From a virus, in the IMG/VR virus record IMGVR_UViG_3300037851_000572, positions 1 through 64,000 of that record: a stretch of 64,000 nucleotides of DNA; one strand, given 5' to 3'. A program made the translations under genes and the position numbers. This document shows, in pieces, positions 1 through 7,862 of this stretch. The stretch's first letter is position 1. Every line of letters begins with the position of its first letter. Below the pieces are notes generated by a model. It was not told the origin of the DNA, ran no database searches, and was given only the letters and a program-made list of their open reading frames with translations.

Positions 1-397
1 TCTCGCCGGCTGCCGTCGGGGCGCGCTTCGCCCTCTTACCCGGGACCGGCTTGGAGGCCGCCTTCTTCTTCCGCCCACGACCCGGACCCACGACGGCGGG
101 CGCCGCTTCCGCAGCGACGGGCGCCGCTTCCGCAGCGACGGGCGCCGCCTTCTTGGCGGCGAGGGCAGCGCGAGCCGTGGTGGCCTTCTTGGGAGCCTTC
201 TTGGCCGTCTTCTTGGCCGCGGGAGCGGGGGCACCCTCGAAGTGCTTGTTGGCCAGCGCGTTGGCCGCCTCCTTCTCCTTCTCCGTCCACCCCTGCACCT
301 TGCCGAGCGCCCTCCGCGCCCCCGTGAGGGTTTCGTACTCGCCGTTCTTCAGCTTGGCCTTGAACGAGGCCACATCCACCTTGGTGTTCTTGGGCAT
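1..397 (-). CDS. Lys/Ala-rich histone-H1-like / AT-hook-like DNA-binding protein, N-terminal part only (C-terminus runs off the window start)
   Basis: Absent from the ORF track because there is no stop in the window. ATG at 395-397 (revcomp) is preceded by AGGAGA. Translation MPKNTKVDVASFKAKLKNGEYETLTGARRALGKVQGWTEKEKEAANALANKHFEG, then AAKKTAKKAPKKA, AAPVAAE x2, GPGRGRKKKAASKPVPGKRAKR. Confidence 0.6.
   Translation of the reverse strand, partial: MPKNTKVDVASFKAKLKNGEYETLTGARRALGKVQGWTEKEKEAANALANKHFEGAPAPAAKKTAKKAPKKATTARAALAAKKAAPVAAEAAPVAAEAAPAVVGPGRGRKKKAASKPVPGKRAKRAPTAAGE
100..149. repeat. 21-bp tandem repeat gcgccgcttccgcagcgacgg, 2 full copies plus a partial third
   Basis: Copies at 100-120 and 121-141 are identical; 142-149 restarts the unit. 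In-frame inside the H1-like CDS, where it encodes AAPVAAE repeats. Confidence 0.9.
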
Positions 398-426
398 GAT
401 TCTCCTGAATGGTTGAGAACCTCCTA

Positions 427-463
427 GCTATAGAGCAACCCCAAGGACGGTTCAAGGGGGTTG
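427..463 (+). promoter_or_regulatory. Divergent-region element: TATAGAG variant of the plus-strand motif followed by a 7-bp hairpin
   Basis: GCTATAGAGCAACC (427-440) resembles GGTATAAGAGAACC at 59994-60007. CAACCCC (436-442) pairs with GGGGTTG (457-463). Lies between the divergent starts at 397 (-) and 513 (+). Confidence 0.3.
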
Positions 464-512
464 TTCTGCCCTAGTTCTTTTCACCGACGCCCGCGTGTTG
501 TACCATCTCAGT

Positions 513-827
513 ATGCTGACGCGTCTACTACCCCTGGCAGCCCTGCTTTTTGTAGGGTGCGCCTGCTCCCCCAGTCCTGAGCCAGAACCCCCCGGTCCCA
601 TGCCGGACGTCACCGGAACCGAGTACTGCCAGGCCGCCGAAGGCAATCTGGAAAGCCTGCAGTGCTTGAACCCCGACGGTACCCCCATGTGGGTGAACGC
701 TGATGGAGAACCCTTCCACGTGACGTGCGCGCGCGTACAAGAGAGCGGCGGGGTCTTCATCAACCCTCGGTGCATCGCCGACGCCACAACGTGCGAGGAG
801 GCAAACGCATGTCCCAGTACACCGTGA
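513..827 (+). CDS. Cys-rich, Pro-rich secreted lipoprotein
   Basis: MLTRLLPLAALLFVG|C is a signal peptide plus lipobox. The mature part starts CACSPSPEPEPPGP and has 8 Cys. Overlaps the next CDS by 19 nt. ATG at 513 chosen over the upstream alternative start at 495. Confidence 0.6.
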   Translation: MLTRLLPLAALLFVGCACSPSPEPEPPGPMPDVTGTEYCQAAEGNLESLQCLNPDGTPMWVNADGEPFHVTCARVQESGGVFINPRCIADATTCEEANACPSTP

Positions 828-1615
828 AGGGCTGCCTGCCCGACAAGGAGTTCAGCAACGCCAAGGCTCCCGTCGTCCGGGTCTTCGGCAGCTTCATCGA
901 CAAGCTGGAGCGCACCGCCGGCGCTACGTCCGCGGAGCACCGCATCCCGGAGCACACCCCCATCGGCAACCAGGGCGGGGCAGGCACCTGCGTGGCCAAC
1001 GCGATGTGCGACGGCTTGGAGATTCTGTTGGGGCTCGAGCACGGCCCTGACGCCGTGGTGCAGCTCAGCCGCCGACACCTCTACTGGACGGCCCGCGCAA
1101 CACACAAGGCCACCAACGTCGACTCCGGTACCCATCTACGCGCTGCCGCCTGGCAGCTGCAAGAGATAGGGGTGTGCAGGGAGCAGTACTTCCCCTACTC
1201 CGACTCCCTGAAGAAGCTGACGACTGCGCCTCCGGTGAGCTGCTACACGATGGCCAGCGAGAACCGGGTAACGGGGCACTTCCGCATCACCACCCGGGGG
1301 CAGAACCGACTCGACGACGTCGAGCGTGCGGTGCGTGCCAACCACCCCGTAGCGTTCGGCACCGCAGTCGCGCAGCCCTTCATGGACGCTACTGGTAAGG
1401 CGGTGCTCAAGCCCACCAAGAGCAACATAGTCGGGCGCCACGCCATGCTCGTAGTCGGGGTGCGCAAGTCAGGGAGCCGACGGGAGTTCCTCTGGCGCAA
1501 CTCATGGGGCATGGGATGGGCGGACTTCGGACGCGTCTGGGTCGACGAGGACTTCATGACGTGGGGCCAGACCGAGGACCTCTGGGTGCTCACCCGCATG
1601 CAAGAAATCGATTGA
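809..1615 (+). CDS. Papain-like (C1 family) cysteine peptidase
   Basis: GAGGAGG lies 7 nt before the ATG at 809. Motifs in order: NQGGAGTCVANAM (oxyanion Gln plus catalytic Cys), GRHAMLVVGV (His), FLWRNSWGMGWADFGRVWV (Asn-Ser-Trp block). No signal peptide. Confidence 0.85.
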   Translation: MSQYTVKGCLPDKEFSNAKAPVVRVFGSFIDKLERTAGATSAEHRIPEHTPIGNQGGAGTCVANAMCDGLEILLGLEHGPDAVVQLSRRHLYWTARATHKATNVDSGTHLRAAAWQLQEIGVCREQYFPYSDSLKKLTTAPPVSCYTMASENRVTGHFRITTRGQNRLDDVERAVRANHPVAFGTAVAQPFMDATGKAVLKPTKSNIVGRHAMLVVGVRKSGSRREFLWRNSWGMGWADFGRVWVDEDFMTWGQTEDLWVLTRMQEID

Positions 1616-1618
1616 AGC

Positions 1619-1640
1619 GGGGATAAGAATAGTGGAAGGG
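1619..1640 (+). promoter_or_regulatory. Plus-strand promoter-like motif copy 1 (GGGGATAAGAATAGTGGAAGGG)
   Basis: One of six to seven intergenic plus-strand copies of GGGATAAGA(R)(T)AG..AAGG. TGnGATAAG resembles an extended -10. Confidence 0.4.
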
Positions 1641-1673
1641 ACCGGGTCACACGTGACGTCGCCGAACCACAGG

Positions 1674-1763
1674 ATGTCAACCACTCGCAAGAGTGAAGCA
1701 TTGCTACAGCAGGTACTGCTTGCTGTGGGGTGGTACGCCTGTGCGCTGGCTCCGGCCTTCTAG
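1674..1763 (+). CDS. Possible 29-aa hydrophobic peptide (MSTTRKSEALLQQVLLAVGWYACALAPAF)
   Basis: Short ORF just downstream of motif copy 1 (alternative GTG at 1653). Weak RBS and moderate GC3. Below the ORF-track cutoff. Confidence 0.2.
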   Translation: MSTTRKSEALLQQVLLAVGWYACALAPAF

Positions 1764-1985
1764 GGAGTGGGAAGACTTGAGTGGGTGGATACACTCAAGA
1801 GTAACCCTTACAAACCCACCGGTGATGGCGGCCGTTAAATCAGCCCGCTGGTGTCGTAACACCCCGTCAGCAGCGGCGCGAGTCGCTGCGACGCTCAGCT
1901 ACCGGCGTAAGATATGCTGAGCAGGTCGGTAACGCCGAGGAAGAAACCATCATTCTTCCTAACCCGCAAAAACGTAGGGGGGTCT
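1764..1985 (+). ncRNA. Candidate structured non-coding RNA region (unknown class)
   Basis: No convincing ORF, and GC looks lower by eye. Perfect hairpins: CTTGAGTG/CACTCAAG 1776-1799, GCTCAGC/GCTGAGC 1893-1922, AGGAAGAA/TTCTTCCT 1938-1960. Just upstream lies CACTC-GCAA-GAGTG at 1682-1695. Confidence 0.3.
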
Positions 1986-2008
1986 GGGATAAGAGTAGTG
2001 AAAGGAGG
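1986..2008 (+). promoter_or_regulatory. Plus-strand promoter-like motif copy 2 (GGGATAAGAGTAGTGAAAGGAGG), includes the RBS
   Basis: GATAAGA starts 26 nt before the ATG at 2014. Copy 3 has the same spacing (25 nt). Confidence 0.45.
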
Positions 2009-2013
2009 CACCC

Positions 2014-2226
2014 ATGTGCTTCGTGCTACTCGATACCCGTAGTAATAGACGCAGCTCGCAGGTCTACGCTGAAGAGTCGTGCGCGGACGCGCTCAACGAC
2101 TACGTTGAGCGGAACTGCGGCCTCAGGCCCTTCCTCGCCGTGCCTGCGACGGAGGAGGAGGTTCGCCGCTGGGATGGTGGATACGTCGGTGGGTCCGTTC
2201 TCATCATCAACGGCACCGACCTGTGA
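2014..2226 (+). CDS. Hypothetical 70-aa protein
   Basis: AAGGAGG RBS and ATG start. The amino-acid composition looks plausible. Confidence 0.55.
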   Translation: MCFVLLDTRSNRRSSQVYAEESCADALNDYVERNCGLRPFLAVPATEEEVRRWDGGYVGGSVLIINGTDL

Positions 2227-2284
2227 AACCGGGGGACGACTGCGGTCATTCTCCTTAGCTTAGGAAAGCGTGGGCGCACGTTAC

Positions 2285-3079
2285 CTAAAGGATATTCGCT
2301 ATTTCGAAGTGCATCCCATCAACTCTATTTGGAAACCAGCCGCCCCAGAAGAACCCACACTCCACGGCGATGTCCACGAGCTCGCGCACGCTACCCTGCT
2401 GCCCCACCAGAGCCGGGCGGCGTCCGTAGCCGTTCCAGGCAGCGTTGATGTCGAAGGCCGTCCCCCACGCGTGGGAGCTGAGGGTGGTGCGGCTGCCGCG
2501 CACGAAGCGCGGCACCCAGCTGCCGGCGTAGGACAGGATGAGCTCCTTGTACCCGTGGTCTTCCCAGGCCGTGAAGAGCCCCTGTACTTGCGTGGCTATT
2601 AGCGTGTGGAAGGGGAACCTGCGGGCCTTCACGGCACCGGAGACGCCGCGCAGCTGCGGAATCTCCACCTGCACGATGTTCTTCTCCCACCCGTTGGTGA
2701 TGCGGATGGCCTCAGGATTGCTGACCACCCCCGCCGGCTCGAACTTGATGAGCCCGAAGAGCTCGTGCTTGTCTCCCGTAGACAGCGGGCTCACCCCCAT
2801 GGGGCATGTGGGCCAGGCGGGGTTGGTAGTGTCCCCGAACTCCGGCTCCTCGTAGTTCAGGGGGTCGAAGCCCTGATGCAGCGCAGCGGCGTAGGTATCC
2901 GTACCCACCCAGCCGTCGCTGTCCAACCCTGCCCTCTTCTGGAACTTTCGGGTGGCGAGGTCCGTGTCGGGGGTGAACACCCCGTCCACCTCGCCCTTAA
3001 AAAGGCCGAGGCCTAGCAGAAAGTACTGCCAGGCCTCTACCGACTCACCCGAAGAACCGAGCTTGATGCTCTCCAGCAT
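2285..3079 (-). CDS. Endolysin: peptidoglycan-binding domain plus M15 (VanY-like) zinc peptidase
   Basis: Start trimmed to MLESIKLG (ATG 3077-3079). PG_binding_1-like GESVEAWQYFL..DGVFTPDTDLATRKFQ. M15 motifs SSHAWGTAFDI and VDGMHFE. Confidence 0.85.
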   Translation of the reverse strand: MLESIKLGSSGESVEAWQYFLLGLGLFKGEVDGVFTPDTDLATRKFQKRAGLDSDGWVGTDTYAAALHQGFDPLNYEEPEFGDTTNPAWPTCPMGVSPLSTGDKHELFGLIKFEPAGVVSNPEAIRITNGWEKNIVQVEIPQLRGVSGAVKARRFPFHTLIATQVQGLFTAWEDHGYKELILSYAGSWVPRFVRGSRTTLSSHAWGTAFDINAAWNGYGRRPALVGQQGSVRELVDIAVECGFFWGGWFPNRVDGMHFEIANIL

Positions 3080-3098
3080 GCCCTGGAGAATACACCAA

Positions 3099-3800
3099 TC
3101 ACGACGCCGGGTCGAACTCGTACATGAGGGAGTAGTCGTTGGTGCCGTTCGGAGCGGCGTTCGGGGCGTAGAGGCCGTTGGGGGCACTGGTCTCCGCCGT
3201 CGTTAGCACCCCATTCGTAACCACCGTGCCCGCCGCGTGTTCCTTGATGATGGAGACCGCACCGGCGCGTGTCTTGAGCTTCTTGCCTAGGCCCAACTTG
3301 GCGCCGATACCGATGGCCACCGTGGCCCCGGTACCGTCTGCCGATGGATAGGAAACGGTGAGGTCATCGTCGACGTAGGCCTTCACGGTTTCTACCGCGG
3401 CCGCCGTCTGCGCCAAGTTCAGAGTCTCGGACTGTGCCGCCCCGTTGATGTCCTTCCCCGTGACGGTGACGGTGGCGGGAGCGTCTGCGGGCGTCGTACC
3501 ACCCGTGGTGAAGATGAGCGTCCGCGGGTACTGCGCGAGTACCGCTAGCCCCCCAGCGAGAAGCTGAGAGTGCGCCACCGTCACGGGCGCGGCCACCGTG
3601 GCCGTCGCCGCTTGAAGTAGGGCTGCGCCGCCGGCCGCCGGATTCGTGAACTCTTCGACGGTGAGCGCGGCCAGCGGAGAGAGCACGGACTTCACATCCT
3701 GGCGCAGGTCCGCAACCTCACCAGCGACGCCGCCCTTACCCTCGATAAACCGCGGCTGAACCGCGCCCTTGTTGCTGAAAAGACCGGAACCAGTCGTCAT
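3099..3800 (-). CDS. Hypothetical Ala/Thr/Gly-rich protein, possibly a virion protein
   Basis: Start trimmed to MTTGSGLF (ATG at 3800) with an AAGGAGA RBS. The upstream extension in the track looks spurious. Confidence 0.6.
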   Translation of the reverse strand: MTTGSGLFSNKGAVQPRFIEGKGGVAGEVADLRQDVKSVLSPLAALTVEEFTNPAAGGAALLQAATATVAAPVTVAHSQLLAGGLAVLAQYPRTLIFTTGGTTPADAPATVTVTGKDINGAAQSETLNLAQTAAAVETVKAYVDDDLTVSYPSADGTGATVAIGIGAKLGLGKKLKTRAGAVSIIKEHAAGTVVTNGVLTTAETSAPNGLYAPNAAPNGTNDYSLMYEFDPAS

Positions 3801-3852
3801 CTTTGTCTCCTTGGTAGACCAGAGGTAGTACGGGCATTCTCCTTCAGATGCT

Positions 3853-3877
3853 GGGATAAGAGAAGCGCAGGAGGAAG
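3853..3877 (+). promoter_or_regulatory. Plus-strand promoter-like motif copy 3 (GGGATAAGAGAAGCGCAGGAGGAAG), includes the RBS
   Basis: GATAAGA lies 25 nt before the ATG at 3880, in the divergent gap 3801-3879. Confidence 0.45.
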
Positions 3878-3879
3878 CT

Positions 3880-4230
3880 ATGGCCAAAGCCACCATCATC
3901 GACATCATCCTCAAGGAGAGGGTGGTTGACATCCCGATTAAATGCCCACATTGCGGGGCAGACCTGACGGAAGAAGGAGCCCTGACGGTCTGGGAATACC
4001 AGGCTCAGAACTACCACGCCAGGGTGGAGGTCAGAAACAATGAGGAGGATGTCATTGATACCGGTGACATGAATGAAGGTGCTGACATCTTCTACGTGAC
4101 CGGATACAAGTGCAGCGCGTGCGACAAGTACGTCCACGAGGAGGGCAAGGAGGTGTTCATCGACACCACCGCCGCCCAACTATTCGACCACGTAGTTGAG
4201 GCTGTTGAAGCCAAGAGAGGCAAGGGCTGA
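3880..4230 (+). CDS. Small zinc-ribbon-like protein
   Basis: CPHCG ... CSACD cysteine pairs, AGGAGGA RBS. Confidence 0.65.
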   Translation: MAKATIIDIILKERVVDIPIKCPHCGADLTEEGALTVWEYQAQNYHARVEVRNNEEDVIDTGDMNEGADIFYVTGYKCSACDKYVHEEGKEVFIDTTAAQLFDHVVEAVEAKRGKG

Positions 4231-4436
4231 TGGACCCGACAGTCTGCCTGAAAGAACTACTGGAGCTGGCGGAAGAGCTGGTGGCCGCCATCGACAACCC
4301 TCAGCGCTCGGAGCTGTCATCCTCCGTCATCGAAGATACGGCCTCCGACCTCGCCGACCACGTAAGGAACCTAGACGAGTGGTTGAAGAAGGGAGGGTTC
4401 CTGCCCGAGCAGTGGCGGGTTGCTGGTCGAGGGTGA
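4230..4436 (+). CDS. Hypothetical acidic 68-aa protein
   Basis: TGATG stop-start overlap with the previous gene. Confidence 0.55.
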   Translation: MDPTVCLKELLELAEELVAAIDNPQRSELSSSVIEDTASDLADHVRNLDEWLKKGGFLPEQWRVAGRG

Positions 4437-4454
4437 CCCCGCTACAGTTGTCGG

Positions 4455-5214
4455 GTGCAGGAGCTAGTAACCAAGTCCATCAAGGTGACCATGAGCCCGG
4501 CGATGTGGAAGCTGCTGGGCAAGTACTTGGTCGATGTCGACTACCGCGCGCACCGAGCAGGGAGAAGCTACACCAACCTCTCCCTGCTCATCGGTGCCAT
4601 CCTGACCTCGTTCCTTAGCTCTGACGCCCAGGCCATCTGCGAGGGGTTCGAACATGCCCGACTTCAAAATGCCAAGTGGAGGCTACCTCGGTTCTTCTCC
4701 CCTGAGCATCTTGATGCCATTGCAGCCTCTTCCGGTCACGACATACCTGAGCTTAGTAGCATCAGCCCAAAGCGCCCCTACTGCGCCGCACGCGTCGAGC
4801 GTATCAACCGCCGGGAGAAGGAGCGGGCTCTTCGAAACCTTACTCGGCGACCCCCGGGTCCTCTACCAGGAGGTCCTCGAGGACCCAAGTCGCTTCGAGC
4901 CGGAGGCGATGGACCTGATACAGCGACTGGTGGCCGGAGCCGTCAGCTTGGATGCCTTGACATCGACGGAGAGGGAGATGCTGGACAGAGCGGTCTTGGA
5001 CTGGTCCAGGCCCAGGCACTCTTCTCGTGGGTCCAGCACATCGCCCTCGACAATCTCGAGCGACTTGCCCGAGGAGGTTGAGCGCTCCTACCAGGAGGCC
5101 CTCGAGGACCCGGACGTCGAGCTCGAGTACCGAGAAGGCGGGCCACCGGTGCCCGTTTCTCTAGCCCCGGAAGTCCCCACGGACCCCGTGCCCACCTTCT
5201 GGTGGCGTCAGTAG
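4455..5214 (+). CDS. Hypothetical protein(s); the coding signal appears to switch reading frame near 4830
   Basis: The frame of ORF 4455..5081 looks protein-like only up to about RINRREKERALRNL. The frame of ORF 4654..5214 looks protein-like only from about LFETLLGDPRVLYQEVLEDP. There is no in-frame start codon near the switch. Confidence 0.3.
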
Positions 5215-6239
5215 GTCACGTCCTGATAGCCGTACTCGTTGACCCCGCCGGTAGGCATCATGCCTGGCGGCCCCCAAGAGCTGCTCATGTAGCTGGGCTG
5301 CATCATGTAGTCCTTGGCCGTCTGCAGCCCCTTGTAGCCCGCGTAGCCCGTCCCGCCGAGGACGGCGGCGCCGCCACCGTATAGCAGCGCCTTGTTGCGG
5401 GCGGAGCGTAGCCCTTGTCGGATGTCGAGCGGTGCGGGGGCAGCAGCCGGCGCCCCTGTGGGAGGCGGCGCAGCGGGGGTCTTGGGCACGCCCTTGGAGG
5501 GCACGGCCGGAGCGGTGAGCGCCCCGCCAGGACGCTCCACCGAGCGGCTGAACAGCCCCTGGGCTGCCCCTGGGTCCACGTCCGTGCCTACGACCTGGGG
5601 CCGAACCGGGGGCCGAGGCGGGGTGGGGCGCGCGCCGGCGGCCGGTGGAACCACTCCCTTGGTGTTGGTGCCCACGGTGGATACGGCGTTGCGGAAGGCG
5701 CCACCAGGCCCCACAGCCCCCATCCCGGCCTTCCCAGCCGCCGTGGTGGGCTTCACGTTGGCCGCTAGACCAGCCACCCCCTGACCGCCCCGTCCGAACA
5801 GCTTGCCCACCGCCTGCCGTCCCGCGCGCACCGCGCCGCCGATAGCCGAGCCCAGGCCTGCATCCTTCTCGAGCTCCCCCCGCATCGCTGCCACGCTGGC
5901 GTACTTTAGCCTCATCATCGCCTCGTATGCGGCCATCGCCCGCAGTTGCTGAGCTGCGTTCCCGGCATCGCTGAGCATCGGACCATGCCCCCGCAGCCCT
6001 GCCTGTACAGGAGCCATGCGCCCCGACTCCATGCTCCGGAACATCTCGGTGAGAATCTGCGCCTCGAGGAGCTGCCGGGCCTCCCGGTGGTGCTCGTGCG
6101 CCATCAACCCCATGAAGGCGACCGGCGCCGCGGCCCGCGCCAGCAGGGCGGGGTCGAAGGCGGTCTTCTCCAGGCGCTCCAGCCAGAAGTCGTCGGTCCC
6201 GAAGGCCTTGAGGAGCGCGGGGTTGGGGGCGTCGACCAT
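5208..6239 (-). CDS. Hypothetical Gly/Ala/Pro-rich protein with a C-terminal glycine-zipper segment
   Basis: TGATG coupling to the upstream gene. Contains LLYGGGAAVLGGTGYAGY. Confidence 0.6.
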   Translation of the reverse strand: MVDAPNPALLKAFGTDDFWLERLEKTAFDPALLARAAAPVAFMGLMAHEHHREARQLLEAQILTEMFRSMESGRMAPVQAGLRGHGPMLSDAGNAAQQLRAMAAYEAMMRLKYASVAAMRGELEKDAGLGSAIGGAVRAGRQAVGKLFGRGGQGVAGLAANVKPTTAAGKAGMGAVGPGGAFRNAVSTVGTNTKGVVPPAAGARPTPPRPPVRPQVVGTDVDPGAAQGLFSRSVERPGGALTAPAVPSKGVPKTPAAPPPTGAPAAAPAPLDIRQGLRSARNKALLYGGGAAVLGGTGYAGYKGLQTAKDYMMQPSYMSSSWGPPGMMPTGGVNEYGYQDVTY

Positions 6240-6805
6240 CAGAACCCCTCTGCCGCCGGCAAGGGAATCTCCGCCACGGCCGATGCGCTGGCGGAGGGTA
6301 CGAGACTAGCCGATGGCACTGGCAGCGGCGCCTGCACCGGGGGCAGCACCCTGAGGCGCACCGGGGTCCTTCGCGCCTTCACCGGGTCCGGCTCGGGCAC
6401 GAGCTCGAGCTGAGGCCGGGCATCCTGCTCCTTCTTCACCGCCTCCACCACCTCCTCGGTGTTGGAGGTGCTGGTGCGCACCTTCCGCAGCTCCTCCACG
6501 GTGGCCTGCACGCTGCCCTGCACCTGCTGCAACTTCTCGGTGTTGTCCGCGAGCTGGAGCAGCGCCTGCTGCATGTGCTGCGCGGCCAGCCCCAACAGCG
6601 CCAGGCTGCCCAGGCTCAGCAGGAGGAGAAGTAGCTGGAATCGGAGGACGTGCTTCAGCTGCCGGTTCGACACCGTCCAGTTGTTGTTGAGGGCCTTCAT
6701 GTGCTGAAGGACCTCACACAGCGGACGCATCGACTTCTCGAACGTGTCCCCCAACTTCTTGAGGTCTCGCCGTCGGATGGTCTGCTCTGCCTCTTCCTCA
6801 GACAT
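6239..6805 (-). CDS. Membrane/coiled-coil protein
   Basis: Central TM segment LLLLLLSLGSLALLGLAA followed by a Gln/Glu-rich heptad-like stretch. ATGTCTGA overlap with the upstream gene. Confidence 0.6.
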   Translation of the reverse strand: MSEEEAEQTIRRRDLKKLGDTFEKSMRPLCEVLQHMKALNNNWTVSNRQLKHVLRFQLLLLLLSLGSLALLGLAAQHMQQALLQLADNTEKLQQVQGSVQATVEELRKVRTSTSNTEEVVEAVKKEQDARPQLELVPEPDPVKARRTPVRLRVLPPVQAPLPVPSASLVPSASASAVAEIPLPAAEGF

Positions 6806-7016
6806 GGGGCTTCATCTCCGGCGGCAAGGATACATTGGCGGAGCTGGCTCGGTCCACCTCGTCGAGTATCTCGTCCAGCTCGTAGCCCAATCGCTCGAGC
6901 TCAGCGTTGTTGTCCGCCATGCCCCGAAGGTTACGACTCAGTCGCTCCTCTTCCGCCGCGGTCTCATCGTCCGTGCCCACCAGCCTGCGATACAACGCCA
7001 CTAGGCGCATGGTCAT
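6798..7016 (-). CDS. Hypothetical acidic 72-aa protein
   Basis: ATGA overlap with the upstream gene. Confidence 0.5.
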   Translation of the reverse strand: MTMRLVALYRRLVGTDDETAAEEERLSRNLRGMADNNAELERLGYELDEILDEVDRASSANVSLPPEMKPHV

Positions 7017-7462
7017 CCCCCCTTCTTAGGTGGGAGAGACGACGTAGGCGGCGTAGGCCGGCGATACCCGGCAACCTGTGCTGCCGTTCGGGCGTGCTCC
7101 CGAATGACGGAGTCCAAGGTGCCCTCCACTTTTCGGAGCACCTCGGTGTTGCTATCCGTGGCCTCGGCTTGCTTCTCCCCCACCCTACCCAGCGTATCCA
7201 AGGAGGACTTCACCTGCTGGAAGGCCTCGGTCATCTTGTCGACCAGCTTACGGGTGCTGTCCTCCCGAGCCTCGACGCGCTCGTTGAGCTTCTGCAGGTC
7301 GGTGACCCGCTTCTCCTGAATGCGGAGCAGCTGCACCGTCAGCAGATACAGTGCGAAGAGCGCCAGGATGAGCAGGGCGCCGAAGACGCTGTCCCGCACC
7401 ACGATGTACGCAACAGTCTCGGTGACCGACTTGGCTTCCGTGGCTGTTGCGAAGGTCATCAT
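7013..7462 (-). CDS. N-terminal TM plus coiled-coil protein (i-spanin-like topology, function unproven)
   Basis: VFGALLILALFALYLLTV followed by a long charged helix. Coupled starts. Confidence 0.55.
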   Translation of the reverse strand: MMTFATATEAKSVTETVAYIVVRDSVFGALLILALFALYLLTVQLLRIQEKRVTDLQKLNERVEAREDSTRKLVDKMTEAFQQVKSSLDTLGRVGEKQAEATDSNTEVLRKVEGTLDSVIREHARTAAQVAGYRRPTPPTSSLPPKKGG

Positions 7463-7851
7463 CCGAAGACGTGGACGCGTACGGTGGCGGCTGAGGTATG
7501 GGCGATTTCCATGCTCAGCACGCCGCCGACGGCTGGGTTGGGGTTGACGTAGACGAGGAACCCGCCAGCGGAGAGCTGGAGGGTGTCGGTGCCCCCGTTG
7601 AACGTGAGGTTGATGGGGAGCGCCGCCGGGCTCGGGTCAGGGAGCACCTCCACGACGATGCACTTGGCCCCCGTCGTGGCGATGGTCGAGAAGTCCACCG
7701 CGCGCGTTCCCGCCCCCGCGAGCTCGTACTTCGACGAGGACTGATGCTGGTACAGCGAGTTGAGCGCCAGCAGCACGGAGCTGTTGGGCTGCCCATCATC
7801 GACCGGGAAGGCCAGCGTACCGTTGAACGTGAAGGGGACCTGTACTGCCAC
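7459..7851 (-). CDS. Hypothetical beta-rich 130-aa protein (tail-associated by position)
   Basis: GTG start with a GGAGG RBS. Immediately downstream of the tube candidate. Confidence 0.55.
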   Translation of the reverse strand: MAVQVPFTFNGTLAFPVDDGQPNSSVLLALNSLYQHQSSSKYELAGAGTRAVDFSTIATTGAKCIVVEVLPDPSPAALPINLTFNGGTDTLQLSAGGFLVYVNPNPAVGGVLSMEIAHTSAATVRVHVFG

Positions 7852-7862
7852 GAGAACCTCCG

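Noticed and set aside
2285-3187. Upstream N-terminal extensions of track ORFs. Examples: 2285..3187, 3099..3932, 12735..13784, 15889..17472, 21294..21722, 56633..57736, 58466..59623, 59437..60270, 725..1615 and 49489..50751.
   Set aside because: The extensions are Arg/Pro-rich, overlap the preceding gene, and an internal ATG with an RBS or an ATGA/TGATG overlap gives a cleaner start. Trimmed coordinates are used instead.
5208-7462. Calling 7013..7462 and its neighbours a lysis cassette (i-spanin or holin), or calling 5208..6239 a tape-measure protein.
   Set aside because: Only the topology (TM plus coiled coil) fits. There is no adjacent o-spanin lipoprotein, the endolysin is 4 kb away, and no ORF has tape-measure length. 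These ORFs are left as hypothetical.
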